Assembly: GCA_963674705.1 (NCBI GenBank)
Contig: OY771506.1
Span: forward strand, 448,001 to 512,000
Direction: 5' to 3'
DNA length: 64,000 bases
Origin: Phycisphaeraceae bacterium
GTDB lineage: Bacteria > Planctomycetota > Phycisphaerae > Phycisphaerales > Phycisphaeraceae
The notes below the pieces were generated by a model, which saw only the letters and a program-made list of their open reading frames with translations, did not search any database and was not told the origin of the DNA. Positions within the stretch are counted from its first letter, which is position 1, and every line of letters begins with the position of its first letter. Positions 1 through 10,245 of the stretch are shown here, one piece after another. Position numbers and translations under genes: made by a program.

Positions 1-149
1 TGATGCTCAACGAAAGCCTCGACGCCGCCGAAGCAGGCTACCGCGTCGGCTACGACGACGCCTCACACTTCAGCCGCGAATACAAACGCCACTTGGACAC
101 CCCCCCCATACGCGACGTCGAAGAAATGCGAAAATTCACCGCGGGGTAA
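1..149 (+). CDS. AraC-family transcriptional regulator, C-terminal fragment (runs off window start)
   Basis: Frame from nt 3 reads [38 protein letters not shown]..., the second HTH signature of AraC proteins; TAA at 147-149. Not in the ORF track. Confidence 0.8.
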   Translation, partial: MLNESLDAAEAGYRVGYDDASHFSREYKRHLDTPPIRDVEEMRKFTAG

Positions 150-162
150 TGTAACCGTTCTA

Positions 163-213
163 TCCCCTCTCCCCTCGGGAGAGGGTTAGGGTGAGGGCCG
201 GGTTGATTGTGCG
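163..213. repeat. REP-like repeat family A (CCCTCTCCC..GGGAGAGGG..GGGTGAGGG), half copy
   Basis: Hairpin cccctctcccctcgggagaggg followed by ttagggtgagggccgggttgattgtgcg; homologues at 9208, 27166 and 40754 (reverse). Confidence 0.8.
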
Positions 214-222
214 ACTCATCTC

Positions 223-1221
223 TCACCGTTTGCTGCGATGCGAAATAACAAACCATGCGCTCGCGCCCAACAGCATCGCGCTCGCCGGCTCGGGGATACT
301 CGGCGAACCACCACTCGGTGGCGTGCCTTCGTTCCAGTGATTCAAAATGATGTCAAGATCATCCAGCCCGACGAAGCCGTCGCCGTTGATGTCGCCGGGG
401 ATGTCTTCAGGCAGCGGCGTGTAAGTGAAGCTGTGGATTATTAACTCCTGCTCCTGGCCGTCGAACGGACCGGCCGTGCTGGCGTTGTTGCCCGTAATCC
501 AGAAGTTGATGATCGGGATCTCGTTTAGGTCCTGCGGGATGACAGGCCCATCGTAATAAAACTCGGCGACCTGCCCGTAGCTCGAACCGGGGCGCTGTTC
601 GACGATCGGATACTCAGGATTCGCGACGCCGGTGACGTGGCCGTTGTAGCTGTTCCACTGGATGTAATCCGGCGCCCATGTGAAGCGATGCGTCGTGTAG
701 TCGCCTCCCAGCGCCTGGTAGAAGTTCTTACTTGGCGAAGTCACATCCGGATCGTGCGTGGTGTAGAAAAGATTACCGCTGCCCCAGTCGCCGGTCATTT
801 CGATATCGATTTCGTGGGGCGTATCCGCGACGCCGTTACCCACCGAGCCGCTCGTCTGGTTCGCAACCGACTGCGGGCTCTGATACGTGAACAAACCGAT
901 CACCACATTGTCCGCTAACTGATCGTATTGTGTCGACAGCTCCCACTCGTATGTGCCGTAGCTCAACGACTCGGTCAGGTCGATCTCCGCCGCGACCCAC
1001 GTGTTGCCAACCTTGCGTATCTTCAGATGCAGATCGCCTTCTTCATCGACCCAGACGCTGTCCGTGCTGTTTGACCAGACGTTCGCATTGGGCCCCTGCT
1101 GCGCGCCGCCGCTGTTGCGTACGGACCACGTATAGCCCGACCACTCGATCGTGCGTGCCTCGACAGCAGCGCTCAAACCGATCGCCAACACCCCCGCCGA
1201 CAGAACCGCGAACTTCAACAT
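223..1221 (-). CDS. Secreted GH16-like glycoside hydrolase with single dockerin-like repeat and PEP-CTERM sorting signal
   Basis: Signal peptide (..LSAAVEA); catalytic-type EIDIE motif; GDINGDGFVGLDDLDIILNHWN; IPEP + TM helix + basic tail. Confidence 0.75.
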   Translation of the reverse strand: MLKFAVLSAGVLAIGLSAAVEARTIEWSGYTWSVRNSGGAQQGPNANVWSNSTDSVWVDEEGDLHLKIRKVGNTWVAAEIDLTESLSYGTYEWELSTQYDQLADNVVIGLFTYQSPQSVANQTSGSVGNGVADTPHEIDIEMTGDWGSGNLFYTTHDPDVTSPSKNFYQALGGDYTTHRFTWAPDYIQWNSYNGHVTGVANPEYPIVEQRPGSSYGQVAEFYYDGPVIPQDLNEIPIINFWITGNNASTAGPFDGQEQELIIHSFTYTPLPEDIPGDINGDGFVGLDDLDIILNHWNEGTPPSGGSPSIPEPASAMLLGASAWFVISHRSKR

Positions 1222-1259
1222 CTAACTACTCCAAAGCGGATAATAAAGAACACTCAACC

Positions 1260-3044
1260 TCAAACCGTGACCGGCGCCTCTTCCTGCGCCCGCATCAAAC
1301 CGGTCATCTTACCCACCGAATCGACAAGCCCGCCGGGCCGGCAACGCTTCATCCATAGCGCTTTGTACTCGGTGACCAGCTCATCAAACGCCGAGACCGC
1401 GCCTTGCCTGGCAAAACTGCGCCATTCGCTCGGCGTCGTGCCGTTCAGCCCCGCGCCTTCACAGATGCGTTCGCTGACCCAGCGTATCATCCCGATCGAC
1501 CAGTTTACCTCACGCGTCAATAGCGCCGGCTGGTCATACGTCGGCCGCGCCTTGTCGATCAACAACTGAACACAATCCAGTGCCGTAAGTACCTGCTCCG
1601 CATGCTCAACTTTCAACTTGTCCCACACCCCGCCGGTGAACGTCTTATTCGCGCTGCGCAAAAAGTCGAACCACCACGTGCTGTTGGGCACCTGTGGCCC
1701 GCCTTGCAGATACACATTACTTAGCGCCCACAACCCCTCGCCGAAACGACCCGTCTTATCCTTGAATACGTGATCGTTCAGCACCTCAGGCAAATCACCG
1801 CGATCAAGGTTCGCCTCCGTCGCCCACGACACCGAAGCGCCGTATGCAATGCCCGGCCAGGAAACCACGAACGGCTGCCAGTGCCCGTAATCCCCCCAGT
1901 CCGTAATCAAAAATCCTTCCGCGCGATAAGCCAAACCCGCTTCCGCCGCGGCGCTGATGTTGCACACCATGTTCTCGCCGCGCCCCGCCAGGCTGCACCA
2001 GCTCGACGTGCCCGGGCAAACGTACTGCCTCACACCCGCCTCGCTGAACATGCGCGTCTGCTCCATGAACGGATGCCCCGCTTCATACCCCCAGTTCAAC
2101 AGCACCGCTTCATCAGGCAGGCGCTGCGTCAATTCCGGATGATGCAAAACCACATCGCCCCAGAACATCGGCGTCTTGCCGAAGCTGCGCACGTGCCGAC
2201 AAACCTTGTTTAAAAACTCCAGGTACACCACGCCGCGCCCGTCGCGCTCGCAACGGTCCTTGCTCTTGCCCTGCCCGACGTCCATCGTCTCATCGCAACA
2301 GATATTGAACAAACTCGAACCGCTGCGCGGCGCAAGCTGCCCAACAAGATCACTGACTAATCTGATCGATCGCGGGTCGCTCGGGTTCAAAGAAAACGGC
2401 TCATGCGACCGATACCCCCAAGGCGTATCCCAGCCATCAGGACATTCCGCCAATCCTTTATACCCGTCCACTGTCAGCCAGCGCTGCATATGCCCGAACA
2501 GGTTCTGGCAAGGCACAAAATCAATATGCTTGTCCTTGCAGTATTTTTCCAACACCTGCAAATCATCAAACGATAGCGCCGAACTCTTGCCCCACACCGC
2601 CTCATGCCCGCGGTACGCGATCGTGTGCTCGGTATAGAGCTGCAACTGGTTGATCTTCCACGCCGCCAGCTTGTCGATGATCGAACACAACATCCCCAGG
2701 CTCGGTACGCGGTCCCGACTGATATCCAGTAGATACCCGCGCACCTTAAAGTCAGGCCAATCATCGATCTCGCCGCATGGCACCTCGTTCCCGACAAGCG
2801 TTTCGATCTGCTCAAGCGTCTGCGTCGCGTAAAACATCCCCGCCGCATCGTGCGCAAAGATTTCCACGCCATCCTCGCTTAAGCAAATACGATAAGCCTG
2901 CTCGTGCTCGACCAGGCCGCAGTCAATCCGACGCGACACCTTCCGCAACACCGCCCGATCCACGCTCCGCCCACTCCACCGGCAAGACCTCGGCCGGGGC
3001 AACATACGCTTCTCAATTGTTACTTGCGTATCCATATAACTCAC
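1260..3044 (-). CDS. GH20 beta-N-acetylhexosaminidase (no signal peptide)
   Basis: DWPDFKVRGYLLDISRDRVP, FNICCDET (catalytic DE), FWGD, TDWGD motifs; start may be ATG 3035. Confidence 0.85.
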   Translation of the reverse strand: MSYMDTQVTIEKRMLPRPRSCRWSGRSVDRAVLRKVSRRIDCGLVEHEQAYRICLSEDGVEIFAHDAAGMFYATQTLEQIETLVGNEVPCGEIDDWPDFKVRGYLLDISRDRVPSLGMLCSIIDKLAAWKINQLQLYTEHTIAYRGHEAVWGKSSALSFDDLQVLEKYCKDKHIDFVPCQNLFGHMQRWLTVDGYKGLAECPDGWDTPWGYRSHEPFSLNPSDPRSIRLVSDLVGQLAPRSGSSLFNICCDETMDVGQGKSKDRCERDGRGVVYLEFLNKVCRHVRSFGKTPMFWGDVVLHHPELTQRLPDEAVLLNWGYEAGHPFMEQTRMFSEAGVRQYVCPGTSSWCSLAGRGENMVCNISAAAEAGLAYRAEGFLITDWGDYGHWQPFVVSWPGIAYGASVSWATEANLDRGDLPEVLNDHVFKDKTGRFGEGLWALSNVYLQGGPQVPNSTWWFDFLRSANKTFTGGVWDKLKVEHAEQVLTALDCVQLLIDKARPTYDQPALLTREVNWSIGMIRWVSERICEGAGLNGTTPSEWRSFARQGAVSAFDELVTEYKALWMKRCRPGGLVDSVGKMTGLMRAQEEAPVTV

Positions 3045-3089
3045 AAACTAAAAATAAAACCACCGGACCCATAAACGCCCGATCAAGCA

Positions 3090-3893
3090 TCAAGGCTTGT
3101 CGGGATAAATATTCCGCCTTACCAGCGACTGCTGATTCAGGTTCCCCGCGTGGCCGTCCATGTAAGCAACGTTCGTGTTGATTTCACCCGCATGACGGAA
3201 GCGGAACTCGCCGCGCGATGCCAGCGTGTCCTCATTCTCTTTAAACGTCGGCGGCTCATCGTTAGTCGTATCGCCAGGCGTCAGGTAACGCGTGTCATTC
3301 GTTTGCACGACTCGGCTATTATCCGCACTCGACAATAGCGCCAGACAAGTCCCCGAGTTCGGCACGATCGTCGCATCCGCAGCCAGAATCAGTTCCGACT
3401 GCCGCTTCTGACTGTCCATAGTCAACGGCTTACCCCACTTCGGCTCCGCGGCAATCCCGTCCCTGCGGTTTGCCAATAACGGATAGCTGCCGCCGTAGTG
3501 AAGCCAACCATCCTTGCTGAACTCACCCATATCGACCGACGGACACAAAAACGCTTCACTCACCTGGTCTTGATCTTCATATACCGCACCCGTCTGCTGG
3601 ATGTAATCGGAAATCAATAGCGCCCAGTTCGTTTCCTCGCCCGGCTGCACCGCGAATGCCGAAATACCGATCGGCAAGACGCCACCCGAGCTGCTCGTAT
3701 ACCCAAAAAACCCGATCAACATCTGCCGCTCATTCGACAGACACTTCAAATCCTGCGCCGATCGCCTCGCCGCGCCCAGCGCAGGCAAGAGGATCCCCAC
3801 CAATAACGCGATGATTGAAATCACGACAAGCAATTCGATCAAGGTAAACGCTGCCCGTGGATGCCGTGTGTGAACCAACATGATTGACTCCAA
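3090..3893 (-). CDS. Prepilin-type N-terminal cleavage/methylation protein with H-X9-DG-like C-terminal motif (DUF1559-type)
   Basis: [54 protein letters not shown]. Start may be ATG 3881. Confidence 0.9.
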   Translation of the reverse strand: MESIMLVHTRHPRAAFTLIELLVVISIIALLVGILLPALGAARRSAQDLKCLSNERQMLIGFFGYTSSSGGVLPIGISAFAVQPGEETNWALLISDYIQQTGAVYEDQDQVSEAFLCPSVDMGEFSKDGWLHYGGSYPLLANRRDGIAAEPKWGKPLTMDSQKRQSELILAADATIVPNSGTCLALLSSADNSRVVQTNDTRYLTPGDTTNDEPPTFKENEDTLASRGEFRFRHAGEINTNVAYMDGHAGNLNQQSLVRRNIYPDKP

Positions 3894-3978
3894 TCCGAAA
3901 GTTTGTACGACAGGCGCTACGCTCTAAGCGCATGTCCGGTTATCTGTGATGTCGTCGTGAATCAACGACAGTTAACGG

Positions 3979-5172
3979 TTATCTCGCATCGGTAGACTCA
4001 TTGACCGCTTGCGCGGCCGCCTCGACCAATGGGTGCGAATTGTCAGGCATCCGGTCGTGCGTCACTTCCCAGAAGAACACGCCCGCCAGTCCCTTTTGCA
4101 TCGCCCACCGAGACTTCATCTCAACCGATTGCGGGTCATCAAAACCAATGACCTCTGATCCATCAGGCGCAACCAACCAAGGCGCGCCGTTATCCATGCG
4201 TTTAACTTCCCAGCCCTCACCCTTCATCTTCATAAGCTGGGCGTAGCTGTAGACCGTGTGCGCGTCACTGTTCTTCTCGACGGTACCGAACATCGGCGCG
4301 CCCCGGAAGCCGCGCCCATATGCCGGCATCCCCATCACTAATTGAGACCCCGGCAAACCGCGCTCTACCAGCCAATGATTCAGCGTCTGCTCCGCCGTCG
4401 CGACGTTATGTTTCTTGCCTTCGCTTGAAGCCGTCAAGGGCGCATGATGCCCGACCAGTTCATCCCAAGGCCCAGTGCAGTCGTAACACATCACGTTCAG
4501 AAAATCGAAGTTATCTTTGAACACCTCCGTCGGGATCTTCGTGTAAGCCCAAGCCCCACCGACGGCACGCGTCAACAGGTAATCCCGCTCCGTTTCCGCT
4601 TCCAGCTTCTCGATCTCGTCGCGCAAGCGCTCGATCATCAGGATCAAACCCTTTGCCGACTCATCCGACGTCGGGAACTCCCAGTCCAGGTCGATCCCGT
4701 CGTAGTTGTTTTCCTTCACATACTTCATCAACTCGCTGATAAACGTGTCGAGCTTCTTTTCGTCCTGCGTAATCGGAGACAAAAACGCATCGCTCTCCGA
4801 CCCGCCGATCGAGATCAATACCTTCACACCGTGCTCATGCGCCGCATCGATCACGGGCTTGTTAGGCATCGTCGATTCAAGAATCAGATGCCCATCGCTG
4901 TCCGCCTTGATAAACGCATGACAGATGTGCGTCAGCTTGTCCAGCGGCAGCATCTGCGGCGTCGTCTGCACCCAGCCCGGTAAATATGCCAGCACGATCG
5001 GCTTGCTCTGCGCCACTTCCACCTCCGTGTTATCAGCACAACAGGCCGGCGTCGTTGCACAACCCACCAACGCCAGCATCAACATCAACGAAAACAGTCG
5101 ATTCATCATGCCCTTCATGTTGCCCTTGCTCTTCTTCATCACAAACAAACCCGCCCCGACAGGCTCGATCAA
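3979..5172 (-). CDS. GH18 chitinase-like lipoprotein
   Basis: KVLISIGG, DGIDLDWEFP (DxxDxDxE), LNVMCYD, GVFFWE; lipobox LVGC. True start may be a downstream Met. Confidence 0.9.
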   Translation of the reverse strand: MIEPVGAGLFVMKKSKGNMKGMMNRLFSLMLMLALVGCATTPACCADNTEVEVAQSKPIVLAYLPGWVQTTPQMLPLDKLTHICHAFIKADSDGHLILESTMPNKPVIDAAHEHGVKVLISIGGSESDAFLSPITQDEKKLDTFISELMKYVKENNYDGIDLDWEFPTSDESAKGLILMIERLRDEIEKLEAETERDYLLTRAVGGAWAYTKIPTEVFKDNFDFLNVMCYDCTGPWDELVGHHAPLTASSEGKKHNVATAEQTLNHWLVERGLPGSQLVMGMPAYGRGFRGAPMFGTVEKNSDAHTVYSYAQLMKMKGEGWEVKRMDNGAPWLVAPDGSEVIGFDDPQSVEMKSRWAMQKGLAGVFFWEVTHDRMPDNSHPLVEAAAQAVNESTDAR

Positions 5173-6341
5173 TCTTCCAGGTTCATAAACGATTCACGCA
5201 CCGCCGCTCGCCTTGCCAGCATCGCCGCACCGATCGACACGCCACGCTCGCCGTGGGCGCTAGGCCGAATCTCCAGTTCCTTGCAGCCACGCAACACGCG
5301 CTGCTTCATCACACGCTCATTGAGCGCCTCGAAAAACGCGCGGTTCGTAACCTCAAGGCTGCCGCCCAGCACCACCACCGATGGATCAACCAGGTCGACA
5401 AGAATGCTCAAAAGCCTGCTGAACTGACCGACAAACGCCTCCAGCGATCCATCAAGCGCCGCATCTTCATTACCGAGTATTTGGATCTGCTCGTGGTTCA
5501 GCTTCATCTCGCCGATCATCGATCGCAGCCCGTCCAACTCGCCCGCCCCGTTATGCGCCCCTGATTGCAACTGCCCGTGCTGAATCACGGACATGCCCAC
5601 GCCGTATAACTCCGATGAATCGCTCTTGCCTGAACTCGCGTTCAGCGCGAGAAAAATCATCGAATCAGGCAATCCCGCGCCCAGGTGTTCCGCCTCGGCC
5701 CACGATGCAAGCTTCACATCGTTCTCCACGATCAAAGGCATCCCCCAGCGCTCTTTCACCTTCCCCGCAAGGTCGTAATCCGACAAACCAAGACGCCACG
5801 ACTGCACGATCCTGCCCGAACGAAAGTCCGTGATCCCCGGCACAGCAAAACCAAGCCCCGCGATCGGCGTCTCGTTTTCACGATCAACCGCAATCACGCT
5901 GCCCATGTAATCTTCAATCACGTTCAGCGCATCTTCGATCGATTCATCGTAAGGCACGCGACGATGATCGACTTCGTTACCCGCCGCATCCACCACCGTC
6001 ACGGAAATCTCAGAACCCTCGATAAAGAACCCGCCGAATCGGCCGTAGTCCGGGTTCATCTCCATCAATTCCTGCTTCTTGCCGACCGTATCACTCTTGC
6101 GCTTGCCCTTGGGCCTGACAAGATTGTGTTCAAGCAGATCGCGCACGACATACGTCAACGTCGATCGACCCATCTGCGTCATCTCACGCAACTGGCTGCG
6201 CGACTTCGGGCCGTGCTGTCGCAACAATTCCCACACGAGCAAACGATTGTGTGCGCTCGTCTCGCTGTGGTCCTGGCCACGCACCCGCATCGGGATGCGA
6301 CCGGCCTGCGTGATGTTCGTATTCGTCGTGGTTACCGACAC
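5169..6341 (-). CDS. ROK-family transcriptional regulator (NagC/XylR-like)
   Basis: N-terminal HTH (SRSQLREMTQMGRSTLTYVVRDL), GLGFAVPG, ENDVK..AE, GAGEL; AAGGAG RBS before GTG. Confidence 0.85.
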   Translation of the reverse strand: MSVTTTNTNITQAGRIPMRVRGQDHSETSAHNRLLVWELLRQHGPKSRSQLREMTQMGRSTLTYVVRDLLEHNLVRPKGKRKSDTVGKKQELMEMNPDYGRFGGFFIEGSEISVTVVDAAGNEVDHRRVPYDESIEDALNVIEDYMGSVIAVDRENETPIAGLGFAVPGITDFRSGRIVQSWRLGLSDYDLAGKVKERWGMPLIVENDVKLASWAEAEHLGAGLPDSMIFLALNASSGKSDSSELYGVGMSVIQHGQLQSGAHNGAGELDGLRSMIGEMKLNHEQIQILGNEDAALDGSLEAFVGQFSRLLSILVDLVDPSVVVLGGSLEVTNRAFFEALNERVMKQRVLRGCKELEIRPSAHGERGVSIGAAMLARRAAVRESFMNLED

Positions 6342-8380
6342 ACCGCCGCTCCTTGACTTTTTTGACTTGCTGAAACCGAACCCGCCCCGTCATCCCCCCC
6401 CTCCGGCCGCGCTCGCATACTGCTTAATGATGCAAAACGCATCGCGTACTTCTGGGCATCCGCATGACCCAATTCCGCCTTCAATTCCGCCAATTGGCGG
6501 ATGCAAGGCAGCAGCCCCGGCGCCATGGATGCACACACCGTAAACGCCGTCACCGCATCTTCCAGCCGACCCGCCGCCGCCAGCGACCGGCCCAGCAGGT
6601 AATGCGCCTTCGGATACGCATGGACCAGGCTCACCGCGTGCATCGCATGCTCCACCGCCTGCTCCGCATCGCCGCGATGTAGCGCCAGCTTCCCAAGCCC
6701 AAGATGCGCCGGTGCGTAATCCGGATCAAATGTCAATCCCATCCGGTACTGTTCTTCCGCTGCTTCACGATTATTAAGCCGCACCAGCGCATCGCCCAGC
6801 CGGCAATGCGCGCCCAGCGCTTCCGATCCGCCGATGCCGCGATCGATCAGTTCGCCATAAAGCGCCGCTGCCTGTTCGTAATCGCCATCGATCATCGCCG
6901 CCTCGGCCAGCAGACTCACCAGGCTCAGCGTCCGCTCATCCAGCTCGATCGCTCTGTTGATGTACTCACGAGCCCGCGCCGATTCGCCTTTCACTAAAAG
7001 CGTCCGCGCCGAGATGCTCAGGATGTGCCCGTCGTCCGGGTATTCTTCAAGAAGCTGCTCAACGATCGGTTCCGCCTGCTCGGCGCGTCGGCTGTCGAAC
7101 ACCGACAACACCAGATTCACCTTGTTATCACGCAGCGTCTGCTTGATCGTTGCCTGAATATCATCACCCAAGGGCGCGACGTAACCCAGATCAACCAGTT
7201 GCTGGATCGCCGCCATCGCCTCGGCCGGGTCTTCTCGCACTTCCTGCGTATGCAAGCCCGCATCTCCCGGCACATCTTCCCAGTTGAAAACCGTCTCCGC
7301 CTTCTCCGCCGGCTCCGTGATCTCAAGCCACGGCCGACCATCCATGTCCGCGCCGACAGGCAGACCTAACAGATGTAACACCGTCGGCGTCACATCCAAC
7401 ACCGTCGCGCCAAAGAACTTCTCATCCGCTTTGATCCCCGGACCTGATGCCAGCGCGATCCCGAGCTGACGATGCCAGTTCACCGGATTTTCCCAGCCGC
7501 CCCCGCTCGGTCTAAGATCGTCCGACTTAAACCCGTGATCGCTGACAAGCACCAGCGTCGTCTCTTCGCCCGCATGCGCCATCAACGCTTCGAGCATCAT
7601 ATCGAAGAAACGATACGTGCTGGTGACCACATCCTTATAGAGTTCGTATTCCCGCTGCGGCACGCCCGGCCGATGCGGCGGATGGTAAGGCATGAACCAA
7701 TGCCCCACATGATCCAGCCCATCGAAGAACACCGCAGCCAGGTCCCACTGTTCGTCCAGCATCAACCGCGTCGCCACCGCCTGCACCGAAGCGCACTTGG
7801 CGATGATGTTCGCTAGCGCGTGCATCGGCTTCGACTCTTCAGGTTTGATCTCATTGAAGCGCGGGATGAACGGCGCCATGTCCGTCGCGACCAATTCCTT
7901 CGTCATCACGCGAAACTCGGCAAGACGATCCATCAACTCAGCCGGACTCACGCTGCCTTCGATCGGCTTATCTTTTTCATTAAAGAACCGATCGCTGACA
8001 ACCACGCCATTGACCGGTTCAGCGGGATGGCTTGCGTACCACGACACGACCAGCGAACGCAGATCGTTCTGATTCGCGATGTTCCAAAGCGCTTTGCACT
8101 TTCGGCTCGTGCTGCTGACGGGCCTGACACCCGTCGCATCGGGATTCGGTTCCAGAAAACCATGAATCCCATGGCGGTCCGGGCGCTTGCCCGTCGCGAT
8201 CGATGTCCAGAGCATCGGCGACAGCGCCGGCTGGATCGTCGCCAGGTTGCCGTGCGAACCGGCGGCCAGCAGCTTACTCAACGCGGGCATGTGCCCCTGC
8301 TCCATAAGCGGTCGGATCACGCGCCAGTCGGCGGCGTCCCATCCCACTACGAGCACACGTTTAGTCAGTCGCTTACCCAT
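6332..8380 (-). CDS. Alkaline-phosphatase superfamily (nucleotide pyrophosphatase/phosphodiesterase-type) protein with C-terminal TPR repeats
   Basis: VGWDAADW, PALSPMLWTSIATG, VSDHGF, LDVTPTVL..LGLP, QLVDLGYV, then TPR-like helical repeats; no CxPxR sulfatase motif. Confidence 0.8.
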   Translation of the reverse strand: MGKRLTKRVLVVGWDAADWRVIRPLMEQGHMPALSKLLAAGSHGNLATIQPALSPMLWTSIATGKRPDRHGIHGFLEPNPDATGVRPVSSTSRKCKALWNIANQNDLRSLVVSWYASHPAEPVNGVVVSDRFFNEKDKPIEGSVSPAELMDRLAEFRVMTKELVATDMAPFIPRFNEIKPEESKPMHALANIIAKCASVQAVATRLMLDEQWDLAAVFFDGLDHVGHWFMPYHPPHRPGVPQREYELYKDVVTSTYRFFDMMLEALMAHAGEETTLVLVSDHGFKSDDLRPSGGGWENPVNWHRQLGIALASGPGIKADEKFFGATVLDVTPTVLHLLGLPVGADMDGRPWLEITEPAEKAETVFNWEDVPGDAGLHTQEVREDPAEAMAAIQQLVDLGYVAPLGDDIQATIKQTLRDNKVNLVLSVFDSRRAEQAEPIVEQLLEEYPDDGHILSISARTLLVKGESARAREYINRAIELDERTLSLVSLLAEAAMIDGDYEQAAALYGELIDRGIGGSEALGAHCRLGDALVRLNNREAAEEQYRMGLTFDPDYAPAHLGLGKLALHRGDAEQAVEHAMHAVSLVHAYPKAHYLLGRSLAAAGRLEDAVTAFTVCASMAPGLLPCIRQLAELKAELGHADAQKYAMRFASLSSMRARPEGGDDGAGSVSASQKSQGAAVCR

Positions 8381-8473
8381 CGTTCACACGTTCCTTCTAA
8401 CCTACGAGCTTATCCGCTCTGCAAACCGTTCGCGATCCGTCAAGACCGCGAACGAGGAAAACATGGAGATACT

Positions 8474-9136
8474 TTACGCTGACAGTCTCCGTCGGCGAAC
8501 CGCCGTGCCCACAGCACCCGCGGCCAGCAACATCAGCGATGTCGGTTCCGGCACAGCACCGGCCTCGATCGCCGCGCCGCTGTCGTCATACGCCCAGCCA
8601 CGCACGGTAATACGCGTGTTGCCGGCTACCGCGCCGGGCTCGATCAATAAGTCCATCCAGCCGAAGTAACCTTGCGATGTCTGGATGCCCAAATAACCGC
8701 CTGAAGTAAATGTGCCCGAGTTGAGCACCTGCGCGCCGAAGAACACGCCGGCCTCGGTCGCGCTGCCGTCAATCACCGCGCCGGGCGCGAACGCCGTGGC
8801 GTAATTGAATGCTTCACCGCTGCCGGTAAACACCGTGCCCGCGTCGACATCGCCGTCGTCCGCAAACGCGGTGTTGTAGCCGCCGGTGCCTAACCGCACG
8901 TCCTGCACACCATCGTTATCAAGATCAAACGCATTCGCGCCGGTGTACGAAACCGGGTTGATCACGATGTCGAACGCAGGCGCCGCACCGTTGTACGTGC
9001 CGGAGTTGGCAACGATCGCCGCATCGGCGCTAGCGCCGGCGCTAAGTGCGAACGCGCCCATCCCGGCCGCACAGGCGTAACCCGCCCATTCACGCACCGG
9101 CTTCAAAACGGATTGACTGTCTTGCTCTCGCTTCAT
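8474..9136 (-). CDS. PEP-CTERM surface protein, no dockerin (paralogue of 9359..10144)
   Basis: Signal peptide ..ASADA; YFGWM..ITVRGWAYDDSGAAIEAG; VPEPTS + TM + RRRR. Confidence 0.85.
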   Translation of the reverse strand: MKREQDSQSVLKPVREWAGYACAAGMGAFALSAGASADAAIVANSGTYNGAAPAFDIVINPVSYTGANAFDLDNDGVQDVRLGTGGYNTAFADDGDVDAGTVFTGSGEAFNYATAFAPGAVIDGSATEAGVFFGAQVLNSGTFTSGGYLGIQTSQGYFGWMDLLIEPGAVAGNTRITVRGWAYDDSGAAIEAGAVPEPTSLMLLAAGAVGTAVRRRRLSA

Positions 9137-9207
9137 CTTGCTCTTCTCCCTCCTGTTTCTTCAGGATCATTCAGCAACAACTTTTGTCACTGAGCATGTC
9201 TTAACTA

Positions 9208-9245
9208 TCCCCCTCTCCCCTTGGGAGAGCGCCGGGGTGAGGGCC
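9208..9245. repeat. REP-like repeat family A copy
   Basis: tccccctctccccttgggagagcgccggggtgagggcc. Confidence 0.7.
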
Positions 9246-9273
9246 AAATAACCCTACGTTTCCCGAGTAATTT

Positions 9274-9347
9274 GTCATCCCCGCACGGCGGGGATCCACG
9301 TCATTGGATTCATTACTCACGTGGATTCCCGCCTGCGCGGAAATGAC
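9274..9347. repeat. REP-like inverted pair family B (GTCATCCCCGC..GCGGGGATCCA / TGGATTCCCGC..GCGGAAATGAC)
   Basis: Two inverted palindromic units forming a long hairpin; second copy at 38988-39062. Confidence 0.85.
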
Positions 9348-9358
9348 GTGTTTTAGTT

Positions 9359-10144
9359 TTAACCCCGCTGCGCCTTACGACGACGCACCGCAACACCCGC
9401 CGCACCCGCTGCAAGCAACATCAGCGAACCCGGCTCGGGAATGCTCGGCGTACCACCGCTCGGTGGCGTGCCTTCGTTCCAGTGATTCAACACAACATCC
9501 AGGTCGTCCAGGCCCACAAAACCATCGCCATTGATGTCGCCGGGGATCGCTGCCACACCGTTGTCGCCTGCCGCAATCGCCGCGCCGCTGTCTTCATACG
9601 CCCAGCCGTGCACCGTGATCCGCGTGTTGCCGGCAACCACGCCCGGCTCGATCGTCATCGCCATCCAGCCGAAGTAGCCCTGCGACGTCTGCAAACCCAT
9701 GTATCCAACAGATGCGAATGTGCCGGAGTTCAACACCTGCGCGCCGTAGAACGTCCCGGCCTCGACGGCCGTACCGTCAATCGTCGAGCCGGGTGCGAAC
9801 GCCGTGGCATACGCGAACGCATCGCCGCTGCCGGTAAACACCGTTCCGGCATCCGTATCACCATCGTCCGCGAACGCCGTGTTGTACCCGCCGGCACCCA
9901 GCCGCACGTCCTGCACGCCGTCGTTATCCAGGTCGAAGTAGTTTGCGTAGCCGTAGGTGATCGGATTGATCACGATGTCGAAGCTCGGCACACCAGCGTT
10001 ATAAGTCCCGCCGTTGCTGATAATTGCAGCGTCTGCCGCGTTCCCCAGGCCCAGCGCGAACGCCCCGAGGCCTGCCGCATGAACGTATTTTGACCATTCC
10101 AGATGTGACTTTGTCAACGTTGATGCTGCCTTCAATTCACTCAT
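9359..10144 (-). CDS. PEP-CTERM surface protein with single dockerin-like repeat
   Basis: Start moved to ATG 10144 (GGAGG upstream); core near-identical to 8474..9136; GDINGDGFVGLDDLDVVLNHWN; IPEPGS + TM + RRRK. Confidence 0.85.
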   Translation of the reverse strand: MSELKAASTLTKSHLEWSKYVHAAGLGAFALGLGNAADAAIISNGGTYNAGVPSFDIVINPITYGYANYFDLDNDGVQDVRLGAGGYNTAFADDGDTDAGTVFTGSGDAFAYATAFAPGSTIDGTAVEAGTFYGAQVLNSGTFASVGYMGLQTSQGYFGWMAMTIEPGVVAGNTRITVHGWAYEDSGAAIAAGDNGVAAIPGDINGDGFVGLDDLDVVLNHWNEGTPPSGGTPSIPEPGSLMLLAAGAAGVAVRRRKAQRG

Positions 10145-10245
10145 CTTCTTAAACCTCCTACAGTTAGAAAATTTCGATAGGACCAGCCAAGCCATGATGT
10201 CGCCCCGGGGGTGCTCAACTGCCACGCCTTGCCCTGGGTGCGTGG

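Noticed and set aside
50..256. 68-aa ORF containing PHPNPLP
   Set aside because: It is the translation of the family-A repeat and antisense to the AraC fragment.
6394..6401. Phase-variable homopolymer (C8/G8) near the end of the AlkP-TPR gene
   Set aside because: Short run; slippage would change only the last ~20 low-complexity residues.
6332..8380. Formylglycine-dependent sulfatase
   Set aside because: No C/SxPxR motif; the motifs fit the NPP/phosphodiesterase branch.
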